Shown: positions 1 through 8,413 of the stretch, piece after piece
How positions within the stretch are numbered: position 1 is the stretch's first letter
Layout: each line of letters begins with the position of its first letter
Made by a program: the position numbers and the translations under genes
Assembly (NCBI GenBank): GCA_043750125.1
Contig: JAYVCD010000211.1
Span: 1 to 11,981, forward strand
DNA length: 11,981 nucleotides
Reading direction: 5' to 3'
Origin: Archangiaceae bacterium
GTDB taxonomy: Bacteria; Myxococcota; Myxococcia; Myxococcales; Myxococcaceae
Notes under the pieces: generated by a model
The model's input: the letters and a program-made list of their open reading frames with translations, nothing else
Databases searched by the model: none
What the model was told of the DNA's origin: nothing

Positions 1-1
1 C

Positions 2-889
2 GGCGCTCGAGCTCAGGTCGAGCTGATTCCAAAGCTGAGGGACGCTTCGGGCGAAATCCTCATCGCCAGAATGCGGGTCGACCCCAACCTGGTAGCGACC
101 AATGTGGCGATCGGCGGCTTTCGGATCTCAGAGACCGTCAGCGGGGCGCAGAGCTTCTTTGGCACCGTGCTCGAGCACGTGGTGTGGGACGCGAAGGTCG
201 ACACTTCCGGTCTGGTGACTCCTCCCAAAGAATCGCAGCTCGATCGGGTCACCGCATTGACCCCAACGATTGCGATCAGCACCGACCTGTTTGGCAACGA
301 CTACAACAACGTGGATCTCCACACCGACAAGGTGCCGGACTTGACGGCCCTCACGCCCATCGAAGACCTGCGCGCCTCGCTTCGGGTGGTGCTCACCCGC
401 CTCGAGGGAACGGGCGCAGAGGTCTTCGTGGCGACCGGCCCCGACAACACGGTGCTGCCGATGTACCCGGAAAAAGTGGCCCAACTGAAGGCGGCAGGCT
501 TTTCAGATGCCGAGGCCAGCGACTGGCTGCAGGCACTTCGCGCGCGAATTGACGCCTACAACAACGTGCTGAGGCAAGAAGTCCAGGCGCACCCAAGAGT
601 GCATGTGGTCGACCTGCATCGACAAGTGGCGGTCGTGCTTTCGCAAGGCGTCGACATCGGAGGCAAGGTGCTCAAGCCCTCGCCCTTTGGAGGGCTCCTC
701 TCGCTCGACTCGATGCACTTTTCCGACACCGGCTACGCGGTGCTGGCCAACATGTTCATCGAAGAAATCAACACCACCCTGGGTACCCAGATCCCGCCCG
801 CAGATCTGAAGGCCATCAACGCCACCGATCTCTATTCAGTCGAGGCGTTGCAAGCTGCAGGCATCACCTGCGCGGGGACGATGAACTGA
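2..889 (+). CDS. SGNH/GDSL-family hydrolase (lipase/esterase), 5'-truncated by the window edge
   Basis: The frame of ORF 71..889 is open back to position 2 (GARAQVELIPKLRDASGEILIAR-M...). It carries SGNH block II (NVAIGG), block III (LFGND) and block V (SLDSMHFSDTGY, DxxH). Block I (GDS, catalytic Ser) is absent, so it presumably lies upstream of the window. Confidence 0.8.
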   Translation, partial: GARAQVELIPKLRDASGEILIARMRVDPNLVATNVAIGGFRISETVSGAQSFFGTVLEHVVWDAKVDTSGLVTPPKESQLDRVTALTPTIAISTDLFGNDYNNVDLHTDKVPDLTALTPIEDLRASLRVVLTRLEGTGAEVFVATGPDNTVLPMYPEKVAQLKAAGFSDAEASDWLQALRARIDAYNNVLRQEVQAHPRVHVVDLHRQVAVVLSQGVDIGGKVLKPSPFGGLLSLDSMHFSDTGYAVLANMFIEEINTTLGTQIPPADLKAINATDLYSVEALQAAGITCAGTMN

Positions 890-903
890 AAACCCGCAAG
901 GGT
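889..903 (-). terminator. Possible weak intrinsic terminator between the convergent SGNH gene and tkt
   Basis: ACCC-GCAA-GGGT hairpin at 892..903. On the minus strand it runs into a short T tract directly after the tkt stop. The stem is only 4 bp. Confidence 0.2.
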
Positions 904-2915
904 CAGGGGCCAACCACCAGGCGCTTCACTTCCTGAACCACGTGGGCCGCGGTGATGCCGTAGTGCTCCATCACCACTTCGGCAGGAGCCGAAGCTCCGA
1001 ATCGGTCGATGCCGATCGCGAAACCTTCATCGCCGATCCATTTATCCCAACCGAAGGTGACTCCGGCCTCGATCGAGACGCGCACCGGCACGGATGGCAG
1101 CAACACCTCTTCACGGTACGAAGCAGGCTGAGCCTTGAAGGCCTCCCAACACGGCATCGAAATCACCCGGGTCGCGATCCCCTCTTTCTTCAGGGTCTCC
1201 TGAGCGGCCAACGCCAACTGCACCTCGCTCCCCGTCGCCAGCAGCAATGCCGCGGGCTGACCCGCGCAATCCGACAACACGTATGCGCCCTTGCGAAGAC
1301 CTTCCGCACTGGCCAGCCGGGTCCGGTCGAGCCCGGCGACCTTTTGGCGGGTGAGCACCAGCCCGGTCGGGCCTTCCGTGCGCTCGAGCGCCAGCTTCCA
1401 CGCCTGGGCAGACTCCGCTCCGTCGCAGGGCCGCACCATGTACAGATTGGGAATCGCGCGCAGGGCCGCCAGATGTTCGACCGACTGGTGCGTCGGTCCG
1501 TCCTCGCCCAGCGCGATCGAATCGTGGGTCCAAACGAACACCACCGGCAGGTCACTGAGCGCCGCCAATCGAACCGCCGGGCGCATGTAGTCGCTGAAGG
1601 TGAAAAAGGTCGCGGTGAAGGGCCGCAGGCCTCCGTGGTACGCAATCCCATTCGCGATCGAACCCATCGCGTGCTCGCGAACGCCGAAGTGAAGGTTGTT
1701 GCCCTTGCCCGTCTGTCCGTCGAAGTCTCCGCCGTCCTTCAGCCCGGTCTTGGTCGAGCCTGCCAAATCGGCGTCGCCCCCAATCAACTCGGGAAGCTTG
1801 GCCGCCAGCGCGCTGAGGACTTTTCCCGCGGCACTGCGAGTCTCCACGTCCTCGCCAGCTTTGAACTGGGGCAGCAACTGATCGAACCCTTCGGGCAGAT
1901 CCCCTGCCTGGGTCCGCTTCCACACCGCGGCAAGCTCCGGAAATTTCACCGCGTAATCGGCCAACATCTTCTGCCACGCGCTCTGTGCCGCCTGACCCTT
2001 GGTCAGCGCGAGCCGAAAATGCTTCGAGGCTTCCTCGGGAACGTAGAACTTCTTTTCGGGATCCCAGCCCAGCGCCTTTTTGGTCAGCGCGACTTCATCG
2101 ACGCCCAGCGGGCTTCCGTGCGCCGACGCCTTGCCCGCCTTGTTCGGCGAGCCAAAGCCAATAGTCGTCTTCACCACGATCAGTGAAGGGCGCGCCGTTT
2201 CTTCTCGCGCTGCCGCAATCGCCTTGTCGATGGCCTCGAGATCCGTGTCACCGTTGTGCACGGTCTGCACGTGCCACCCGTACGCCTCGTAACGGGCTTG
2301 CACGTTCTCGCTGAATGAAACGCTCAACGGCCCATCCAGCGTCACGTCGTTGGCGTCGTACAGACAAGTCAGCTTGCCCAGCTTCAAGTGACCCGCCAGC
2401 GAGGCCGCCTCGTGGGTCAGGCCTTCCATCACATCGCCGTCCGAAATCATCGCGTAGGTATGGTGATTGACCAGCTCGAAGCCCGGCCGGTTGAAGCGAC
2501 TGGCGAGCGCACGTTCGGCGATCGCCATTCCGACCGCGTTCGCGTGGCCCTGTCCAAGGGGGCCGGTGGTCGCCTCGACTCCTTCGGTCACTCCGAACTC
2601 AGGGTGCCCTGGGGTCTTGCTGCCCCACTGCCGGAACGCGCGCAGGTCGTCCATCGTCAACGGGTAGCCGGTGACGTGCAGCAACGCGTACAGCAACATC
2701 GAGCCGTGGCCGGGCGAGAGGACGAACCGATCGCGATCAGGCCACGTGGGATCCGTCGGGTTGTGCTTCAGGTGTTTTTGCCAAAGCACGTACGCCATCG
2801 GGGAAGCACCCAGAGGCAGGCCGGGGTGCCCGGACTCCGCTTTCTGAACGGCGTCGATCGCAAGCGTGCGCAGCGTGTTGATGCAAAGGGTGTCCACCGT
2901 CGCGGAGGTGTTCAT
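903..2915 (-). CDS. tkt: Transketolase
   Basis: 670 aa. Motifs: [36 protein letters not shown], ThDP-binding SDGDVMEG...[30 protein letters not shown]. Confidence 0.98.
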   Translation of the reverse strand: MNTSATVDTLCINTLRTLAIDAVQKAESGHPGLPLGASPMAYVLWQKHLKHNPTDPTWPDRDRFVLSPGHGSMLLYALLHVTGYPLTMDDLRAFRQWGSKTPGHPEFGVTEGVEATTGPLGQGHANAVGMAIAERALASRFNRPGFELVNHHTYAMISDGDVMEGLTHEAASLAGHLKLGKLTCLYDANDVTLDGPLSVSFSENVQARYEAYGWHVQTVHNGDTDLEAIDKAIAAAREETARPSLIVVKTTIGFGSPNKAGKASAHGSPLGVDEVALTKKALGWDPEKKFYVPEEASKHFRLALTKGQAAQSAWQKMLADYAVKFPELAAVWKRTQAGDLPEGFDQLLPQFKAGEDVETRSAAGKVLSALAAKLPELIGGDADLAGSTKTGLKDGGDFDGQTGKGNNLHFGVREHAMGSIANGIAYHGGLRPFTATFFTFSDYMRPAVRLAALSDLPVVFVWTHDSIALGEDGPTHQSVEHLAALRAIPNLYMVRPCDGAESAQAWKLALERTEGPTGLVLTRQKVAGLDRTRLASAEGLRKGAYVLSDCAGQPAALLLATGSEVQLALAAQETLKKEGIATRVISMPCWEAFKAQPASYREEVLLPSVPVRVSIEAGVTFGWDKWIGDEGFAIGIDRFGASAPAEVVMEHYGITAAHVVQEVKRLVVGP

Positions 2916-2957
2916 GGCCGCGCGATCTAACCCAGAAACCCTTCAGTCGAAGCGAAC

Positions 2958-3518
2958 TTATCCGGCGTCGCCTTCGCCTGCGAGGTAACTCAAGATCACC
3001 TCATCGAGGCTCTTCTCGCTGATCAAATCTTCACCGAACAGGGTCTCGACACCGATCTCGTTGATCCTCGGCAGCTCCTTCATTTCCCGGGCGGCGACGA
3101 CTTCCGGAGGCAGCGCGTTCGAGACACCCGCCGGGGAGGCAACGGGCGTCACCCCCAGGGAAGCGAGGTTGTGCTGGTGCTGGGCCTGTGCAGACTCGGC
3201 TGCGGTCGCGAGCTGGCCGGGCTGATAGCTGCGCTGTTTGGAATCAATGTTGTCGTAGATCCCGTTGATCAGGTTGCGCAGCATTTCTTTGTGCTGCTCT
3301 TCCATCATCTCGCGCACGAGCTCGGCCAGATTGGCGGTCTGGACGATGTCCGCGTAGCCCGTCTTCTTCGACGCGAGGATGTTTCCACCGACAAACAGGT
3401 GGGTGATGATGTGAGGGTTGGCCGCGCCCGAGTCTTCGGTTTGGACGTGGTAGACCTTCCCCTTGTGTTTGATGTTGTGGTTGAAGCCGGTGACGGCTTT
3501 CTCGAAGGTTTTCGCCAT
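2958..3518 (-). CDS. romY: Conserved myxobacterial protein, RomY-like (co-GAP partner of MglB in the MglA polarity module)
   Basis: Start reassigned to ATG 3518 (MAKTFEKAVTGFNHNIKHKGKVYHVQTEDSG...), giving 186 aa and removing the overlap with mobA. Architecture is a compact ~90-aa N-terminal domain, an A/P/Q-rich linker and a C-terminal SLDEVILSYL motif. This matches my recollection of M. xanthus RomY and its location near carF and tolQ. The CDS itself is secure; the name is from memory. Confidence 0.72.
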   Translation of the reverse strand: MAKTFEKAVTGFNHNIKHKGKVYHVQTEDSGAANPHIITHLFVGGNILASKKTGYADIVQTANLAELVREMMEEQHKEMLRNLINGIYDNIDSKQRSYQPGQLATAAESAQAQHQHNLASLGVTPVASPAGVSNALPPEVVAAREMKELPRINEIGVETLFGEDLISEKSLDEVILSYLAGEGDAG

Positions 3519-3561
3519 GGTGAGATTCGTCGCGACGGTAACAGACGCTCTGTGAAGGCCG

Positions 3562-4149
3562 CTAGCTTTTGACCGCTGCCAGCTGCTCGGGAGTGTTGAT
3601 GCTCTCCAGACAGCCGGGGTCCGCAGGCTGCAGCGCGCACACCGATGCCCCACTGAGCAACAATTTCATCGAGGGGTTTTCCCCCAGCCGCTCACGCCAC
3701 AGGGGCCCCAAAGAAGCGCGGTAGACGCCCAACAACGGCTCGAGCATTCCCCCTCGCTGAAAACAGACCACATCGTGATTCCCCGCCGCGGCAATCAGCA
3801 ATCGCGCCGCCTGGACGGTGACGAACGGCATGTCGCAGGCGACCACCAGAACCCACGGCGCTCGCGCGGCCAGCAGCGCGGACACCACTCCCCCCGGAGC
3901 CCCACGCCCGGGCTCTACGTCTTCCACCCGCCTTGCGTCGAAGGCGTCGTACCTGGGGTCCGATGAGATGATCAGCCCTTCTGAGCACAGCGCGCTCAGC
4001 TGAAGAATCCGCTCGACGTATGAAATTCCCTGGAACGTCAGCAACCCCTTTGCCGCGCCACCCAGTCGCTTTCCAGATCCTCCCGCCAGAATCGCCAACG
4101 TCAGCTGCGAGCGGGCCCCCGTCGACTCCATTTTGATTTCTGAGTTCAT
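3562..4149 (-). CDS. mobA: Molybdenum cofactor guanylyltransferase (MobA-like NTP transferase)
   Basis: ILAGGSGKRLGG..KGLL nucleotide-binding loop, VACDMPF, LEPLLGVY and C-terminal SINTPE. Alternative start ATG at 4131. Confidence 0.88.
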   Translation of the reverse strand: MNSEIKMESTGARSQLTLAILAGGSGKRLGGAAKGLLTFQGISYVERILQLSALCSEGLIISSDPRYDAFDARRVEDVEPGRGAPGGVVSALLAARAPWVLVVACDMPFVTVQAARLLIAAAGNHDVVCFQRGGMLEPLLGVYRASLGPLWRERLGENPSMKLLLSGASVCALQPADPGCLESINTPEQLAAVKS

Positions 4150-4209
4150 CAGCGGCTGGTTGCGATGAGCCCTCGGGGGGACAGCGGAGCGCCCCGCTTC
4201 TGGGTGAAT

Positions 4210-4237
4210 TTGACTCTAAGTCGCCGATCCGTACACT
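4210..4237 (+). promoter_or_regulatory. Putative housekeeping sigma70-type promoter for the cNMP-binding protein gene
   Basis: TTGACT (4210..4215), 16-bp spacer, TACACT (4232..4237), in the divergent intergenic region. It ends 26 nt before ATG 4264. Confidence 0.5.
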
Positions 4238-4263
4238 GGCTCGCCATCGTGGGGCGCACCGCC

Positions 4264-5334
4264 ATGCCAGAGCAATTTCCACAGCTTCCTCCACGCAGCA
4301 GCCGTCCGCGAATCGCGGTGCCGATTGCGCCGCCGGTGCTGCATCCGTCGCTGATTCCTTTCGACGTGATGCAGGCCTACGAAAGAGAAGTCGCCGCCGA
4401 GCGGTTGGACCTTCCGGAAGACGAGCACATCAACACGGCTGACGAGCTGGGAGTGGAAGACGCCGCGGCCCTGCCCCAGACCCCCGCCGACTCCCAGACG
4501 GCGATCGATGCCCTCTCTCAGGTCCCCCAATTTAGAGGCCTACCCCACGCCCTACTCGAAGCCTTGGCCGAAGGCGCGATGCAGTGCGAAGTCCTCGAAG
4601 GCGAGTACCTTTTCATCGAGGGTGATGCGGCCGAGTCATTCTACGTGGTGGCCGAGGGGACTCTTGAGATTCTCCGCCGCAAGGACGACCGTGAAGTCGC
4701 GCTTCGTCACCTCTCGCACGGCGAAGCGATCGGGCTGTTCGGGTTGTTCTCAGGGCAGCAGCGTGCGGCCTGTGCCCGCGCGATTGGTCACGCGGTCGTC
4801 CTTCAGATTCCCGCGGCCGCGCTGCAACAGGTCATCGAGCAGGACGCGGCGCTCCATGACCGGATGGTCGGATTCTATCAGGAACGGATCCTCGAAGGCT
4901 TTCTGGGCTCGAGCCGACTTTTCGCAGACGTGGACGCCATCGCCCGCGCGCGGATGATCGGCAGATTCGTCGAGAAGCTGTTCAAGCCCGGTGAGACCGT
5001 GATGCACCCCGGTGAGCTGTGCAGCCTGATTGGAGTGGTCACCCACGGCGCGCTCGTGCTCGAAGATCGCGCCCAACGAGGCCAGGAAGCCAAGCAATTC
5101 GAAGTAACCCAGGGTCAGTTCATCGCCGTCACCAGCGCGATGTCGGGTCACCCAGGGCGACTTCGAATCTACGCGGGAGAGACCACCAGCGTCGTGATGC
5201 TGGACCACAAAGAGATGACCGAGTTGCTGCGCGACTACCCTGCCCTGCGCAATCTGCCCCGGGTATTGCCCGCCCACGCGCGGATGCTCGACCGCGACGT
5301 ATTTTGTGGGCATACCGGCGTTCCGGGTCTGTAA
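4264..5334 (+). CDS. Tandem cyclic-nucleotide-binding (cNMP/CAP_ED) domain protein without an obvious output domain
   Basis: Start taken as ATG 4264 (MPEQF), downstream of the promoter candidate. A Pro/acidic N-terminal region is followed by LSQVPQFRGL...GEYLFIEGDAAESFYVVAEGTLEI...GEAIG...RAACARA (domain 1) and LFADV...FKPGETVMHPGE...VVTHGAL...GQFI (domain 2). No CRP-type HTH is visible. Confidence 0.85.
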   Translation: MPEQFPQLPPRSSRPRIAVPIAPPVLHPSLIPFDVMQAYEREVAAERLDLPEDEHINTADELGVEDAAALPQTPADSQTAIDALSQVPQFRGLPHALLEALAEGAMQCEVLEGEYLFIEGDAAESFYVVAEGTLEILRRKDDREVALRHLSHGEAIGLFGLFSGQQRAACARAIGHAVVLQIPAAALQQVIEQDAALHDRMVGFYQERILEGFLGSSRLFADVDAIARARMIGRFVEKLFKPGETVMHPGELCSLIGVVTHGALVLEDRAQRGQEAKQFEVTQGQFIAVTSAMSGHPGRLRIYAGETTSVVMLDHKEMTELLRDYPALRNLPRVLPAHARMLDRDVFCGHTGVPGL

Positions 5335-5390
5335 CCGGGGCTGGGCTGCGCGCTCGGAACAACCGGGGCCTGGCGGAGGTTGAATTTCTC

Positions 5391-6140
5391 GTGAAGCCGA
5401 CGGCCCCTGCCAGCAGCCTGGACGTCGGAAAGCTGCTTTTGCTCGCAGCGTTTCTGGCCATCGGCATCGTGGGGTGGAACTGGACGGTGCTCTGGCCTTT
5501 CAAGCTGTTGGCAGTAATGGGTCACGAAACCGGGCACGCCATCGCATCGCTGCTTGCGGGCGGCTCGGTCAGCCGGGTGTCCATCGCCGGCAATGAGTCG
5601 GGCGAATGCTTGTCGGCAATTCCGACGAGCTTTTTTGCGCGGACGGTCGTCTACTCAGCCGGCTACGTGGGCAGCGCGGTCATCTCAGTCGTATTGCTGC
5701 TGCTGACGTTCCGGTTCGACCTTCGCCGCTTCATGCTTGGCGCTGCCTGCGCATGGCTGGCAGTGATGGGTTTGCTTTATGCGCGCGACGCTTTCACCCT
5801 TGCCTTCTGTTTTGGAATGGCGATCGCCTTTGGCGTCGGGGCCCGATTCCTGCCCCAGCAGGTCGTGGGGGTCATCAACTTGTTCATCGCCTCGTTCACC
5901 GCCCTCTATGCCGCTATGGATTTGAAAGACGATCTGTGGAACGGCGCGGTGCGCGTTCACAGCGACGCGCAGTTGCTCGCCGACATCACCCCGTTCCCTT
6001 CTCTATTCTGGGCCGCCTTATGGACGCTGGTCTCGGCAGCAGTGCTCGGGCTGGGAATCAGGGTGGCGATGCGACGGCGGCCAACGCCGCTGGTCATGAC
6101 CACCCGGTTGCCCAATCAGCTTCTGGGGCGCAGCCGGTAG
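5391..6140 (+). CDS. Peptidase M50B-like membrane metalloprotease
   Basis: GGAGGT Shine-Dalgarno at 5375..5380, then an in-frame GTG at 5391 (249 aa). HExxH (GHETGHA) lies next to a hydrophobic segment; SAGYVGS and a late SDA motif are present, with about 6-7 hydrophobic stretches. Confidence 0.85.
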   Translation: MKPTAPASSLDVGKLLLLAAFLAIGIVGWNWTVLWPFKLLAVMGHETGHAIASLLAGGSVSRVSIAGNESGECLSAIPTSFFARTVVYSAGYVGSAVISVVLLLLTFRFDLRRFMLGAACAWLAVMGLLYARDAFTLAFCFGMAIAFGVGARFLPQQVVGVINLFIASFTALYAAMDLKDDLWNGAVRVHSDAQLLADITPFPSLFWAALWTLVSAAVLGLGIRVAMRRRPTPLVMTTRLPNQLLGRSR

Positions 6141-6766
6141 TCGCTGAACGACTTCAAATCGGTTCGCTGCAAATAGGGGTTCGACTTTCGCTCGCGCTCG
6201 AGGGTTGAAACGGGCACCGCTCCATAGTCGTGGCCCGGGTAGATCTTCGTTTCATTGGGCAGCGTGCCCAACACCCGATGAAGGCTGTCGAACATCTGCC
6301 CCACGTCGCTGCCGGGCAAATCACACCGACCACAGTGATCTACGAACAGCGTGTCGCCGGTGAAGAGCGCGCCTGCGCACGACAAGCACTGCGAGCCCGG
6401 CGTGTGTCCGGGAGTGTGAAGGAAAGTCACTTCCAGCGGCCCGACCTTCACCCGTTCACCCGCCCCGACCGGCTTGAGCGCGCCAACGAAATCCTTGAGT
6501 CGGGGGTTGAAATCGATTTCAGCCCACTGCGCATAGACGGGCACGTCATGGGTCTTCAGCAGCTCAGGCACCCCATTGAGATGATCCTCGTGTGAATGGG
6601 TGAGAAACACCGCGGCCACACTCTTTCCTTCGCGCGACACTTCTTGAAGCAAGGCAGGTACGTTCCACGCGGGGTCCACCACCGCCACCTCGGCTGCCCC
6701 AGCCGCACCCACCAGGTGGATGAAGTTTTTCATAGGCCCGTAGGTCATCTGGCGTACGTAGAGCAT
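6116..6766 (-). CDS. MBL-fold metallo-hydrolase (glyoxalase II / hydroxyacylglutathione hydrolase-like)
   Basis: VVDPA, LTHSHEDH (HxHxDH), HTPGHTPGS, FTGDTLF...CGRCDLPG and YPGHDY; 216 aa. Confidence 0.92.
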   Translation of the reverse strand: MLYVRQMTYGPMKNFIHLVGAAGAAEVAVVDPAWNVPALLQEVSREGKSVAAVFLTHSHEDHLNGVPELLKTHDVPVYAQWAEIDFNPRLKDFVGALKPVGAGERVKVGPLEVTFLHTPGHTPGSQCLSCAGALFTGDTLFVDHCGRCDLPGSDVGQMFDSLHRVLGTLPNETKIYPGHDYGAVPVSTLERERKSNPYLQRTDLKSFSDYRLRPRS

Positions 6767-6787
6767 TCTTTGAATTCCTAGCCTCCC

Positions 6788-7459
6788 ATGTTCGTACGCG
6801 CCGCCCTCATTTGCTTTCTGTCACTGGCCCACGTTGCCGCAGCGGCTGAGAAGCCTTGCATCACCTACAAGGCTCCCCCTGCATCTGAGGACGACCGTCC
6901 CGTCGCCACCTCGATCACAGTGGGTCCGCAAGGAAGCGACTACGCCTTCAGGGTCGACTTCAACCGGCCCCCTTGGGGCGACGCTTGCGGGACGCGCTGT
7001 GCAAATACGACCGTCTTTCTCGACACCGACAACGACAAGAACACGGGCCTGAAGTTACGAGATCCCAAGTCGATGATGACCGGCTCGGATCTGTCGATCA
7101 CAATTCAAGGTGCGCGTGAGTACAAAGACAGCTCGTCGCTGTCGGTGTTGCGAATCAAGGTGAAACAATTTTCGGAAGAGGCCACTTCGGTCGAACAGGG
7201 CGCCGTTCTGGCCGAGCTCGATCTGCGGCGCGACACTGAACGCATCAACGCGACCGACAAGACCATCTACCTGCTGATCGACGCCAACATCGGAAGCCTC
7301 CCGGCGGGCCCGAAAGTACGCGTGCTTTACCAACCGCCCGACGCGAAACCGATGATCGGAATGGCCAAGGGGCTCAACGCTCCGGGTGCGAATCGGGTCG
7401 AGATCTTCAAAGACGGAAAGCTCACCAACCCGAAGAAGAAGCGCGACCCCTACGAGTAG
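6788..7459 (+). CDS. Secreted hypothetical protein, predicted beta-rich
   Basis: N-terminal Sec-type signal (MFVRAALICFLSLAHVAAA|AE), protein-like composition, alternating hydrophobic strands and an FLDTDNDKNTG loop. It fills the gap between the MBL gene and fdhD. Confidence 0.75.
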   Translation: MFVRAALICFLSLAHVAAAAEKPCITYKAPPASEDDRPVATSITVGPQGSDYAFRVDFNRPPWGDACGTRCANTTVFLDTDNDKNTGLKLRDPKSMMTGSDLSITIQGAREYKDSSSLSVLRIKVKQFSEEATSVEQGAVLAELDLRRDTERINATDKTIYLLIDANIGSLPAGPKVRVLYQPPDAKPMIGMAKGLNAPGANRVEIFKDGKLTNPKKKRDPYE

Positions 7460-7517
7460 CCGCCGTGTCGACTGCCTCTCTCGAACGATTCCCCCTCTGC
7501 AAGCCGGAAGCAGTCCG

Positions 7518-8348
7518 ATGAAAGGAGTGGCGACCCGCCCGGCCCAACGTCGCGACGGAACCCATTTTGACGACCTGATTGCGGTCGAAGAGCCGCTCGA
7601 AATCCGGGCGGCGTCCGAGCCGGTCTCGATCACGATGCGAACGCCAGGCAACGACGCCAAGCTTGCGATCGGTTTCCTGTACTCCGAAGGCATCATTCGA
7701 TCGTTGGCGGACGTGGGCACCGTTTCGCATTGCGGCCACCCGGGCGAGGAAGGCTACGGGAACGTGATCGAAGTCACTCCCGCCTCAGGAACGCACTGGC
7801 CGCTCGAGCGGGCCGAGGCCGCGCGCCGCGGGACGCTCACGACTGCCGCATGCGGGGTCTGTGGTCGCCGACAGATTGAAGATCTGATCTCGCGGGTCCC
7901 GGTTGTCGGAAACGATTCAAGCTTGAGCGCCCAGTTACTGGCAGGCGGCCCGGACCAATTGGCAGCGCTGCAGAAAAACTTTGCAGACACCGGAGGTACG
8001 CACGCGGCCGTCGTGCTCGCTGCCGACGGAACGCGGCTGGCTGGGTACGAAGACGTGGGCCGTCACAACGCGGTCGACAAGGTGATCGGCGACCTGCTGC
8101 TGTCGGGTCGGATCGGGGTTGGGACAATGCTGATGGTGAGCGGACGATCAAGCTTCGAGATCGTGCAAAAGGCCGCGATGGCGCGCATCCCGGTGGTGGC
8201 GAGCGTATCGGCGGCCAGCTCGCTTGCGATCGATCTGGCGCAGAAAGCCAACATCACCCTGGTCGCCTTCGTCCGTGGCAAAGGTTTCAACGTCTATACC
8301 CACGCCACCCGATTGACCGACTCGCTCTCGACCATTCGTCAAGAGTGA
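7518..8348 (+). CDS. fdhD: Formate dehydrogenase accessory sulfurtransferase FdhD
   Basis: VEEPLEI, TMRTPG.D..LAIGFLYSEG, ACGVCG, TGGTHAA, EDVGRHNAVDK, SGRSSFEIVQKA and SAASSLA. Start chosen at ATG 7518 (276 aa) to avoid overlap with the upstream gene; the exact start is uncertain. Confidence 0.95.
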   Translation: MKGVATRPAQRRDGTHFDDLIAVEEPLEIRAASEPVSITMRTPGNDAKLAIGFLYSEGIIRSLADVGTVSHCGHPGEEGYGNVIEVTPASGTHWPLERAEAARRGTLTTAACGVCGRRQIEDLISRVPVVGNDSSLSAQLLAGGPDQLAALQKNFADTGGTHAAVVLAADGTRLAGYEDVGRHNAVDKVIGDLLLSGRIGVGTMLMVSGRSSFEIVQKAAMARIPVVASVSAASSLAIDLAQKANITLVAFVRGKGFNVYTHATRLTDSLSTIRQE

Positions 8349-8413
8349 CAGGCCGATGACATCGCACCCCAGTCTCTCGTATACCTTCGCTCGCCAGATT
8401 TCGAAGGAACGCC

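Noticed and set aside
942..2186. 414-aa plus-strand ORF antisense to tkt (also 2388..2930 and similar)
   Set aside because: Entirely opposite a well-conserved gene, Arg/Gly/His-rich and motif-free. This is the typical shadow ORF produced by high-GC codon bias.
3519..3653. 45-aa N-terminal extension of the RomY-like ORF
   Set aside because: Overlaps the mobA 3' end and is not protein-like. ATG 3518 gives a clean 43-bp gap.
5019..5390. N-terminal 124-aa extension of the M50B peptidase ORF
   Set aside because: Overlaps the cNMP gene in another frame and has low-complexity Arg/Pro composition. A good SD plus GTG exists at 5375..5393.
7386..7517. N-terminal extension of the fdhD ORF
   Set aside because: Overlaps the upstream gene's 3' end, is Ser/Arg-rich and precedes the FdhD motifs.
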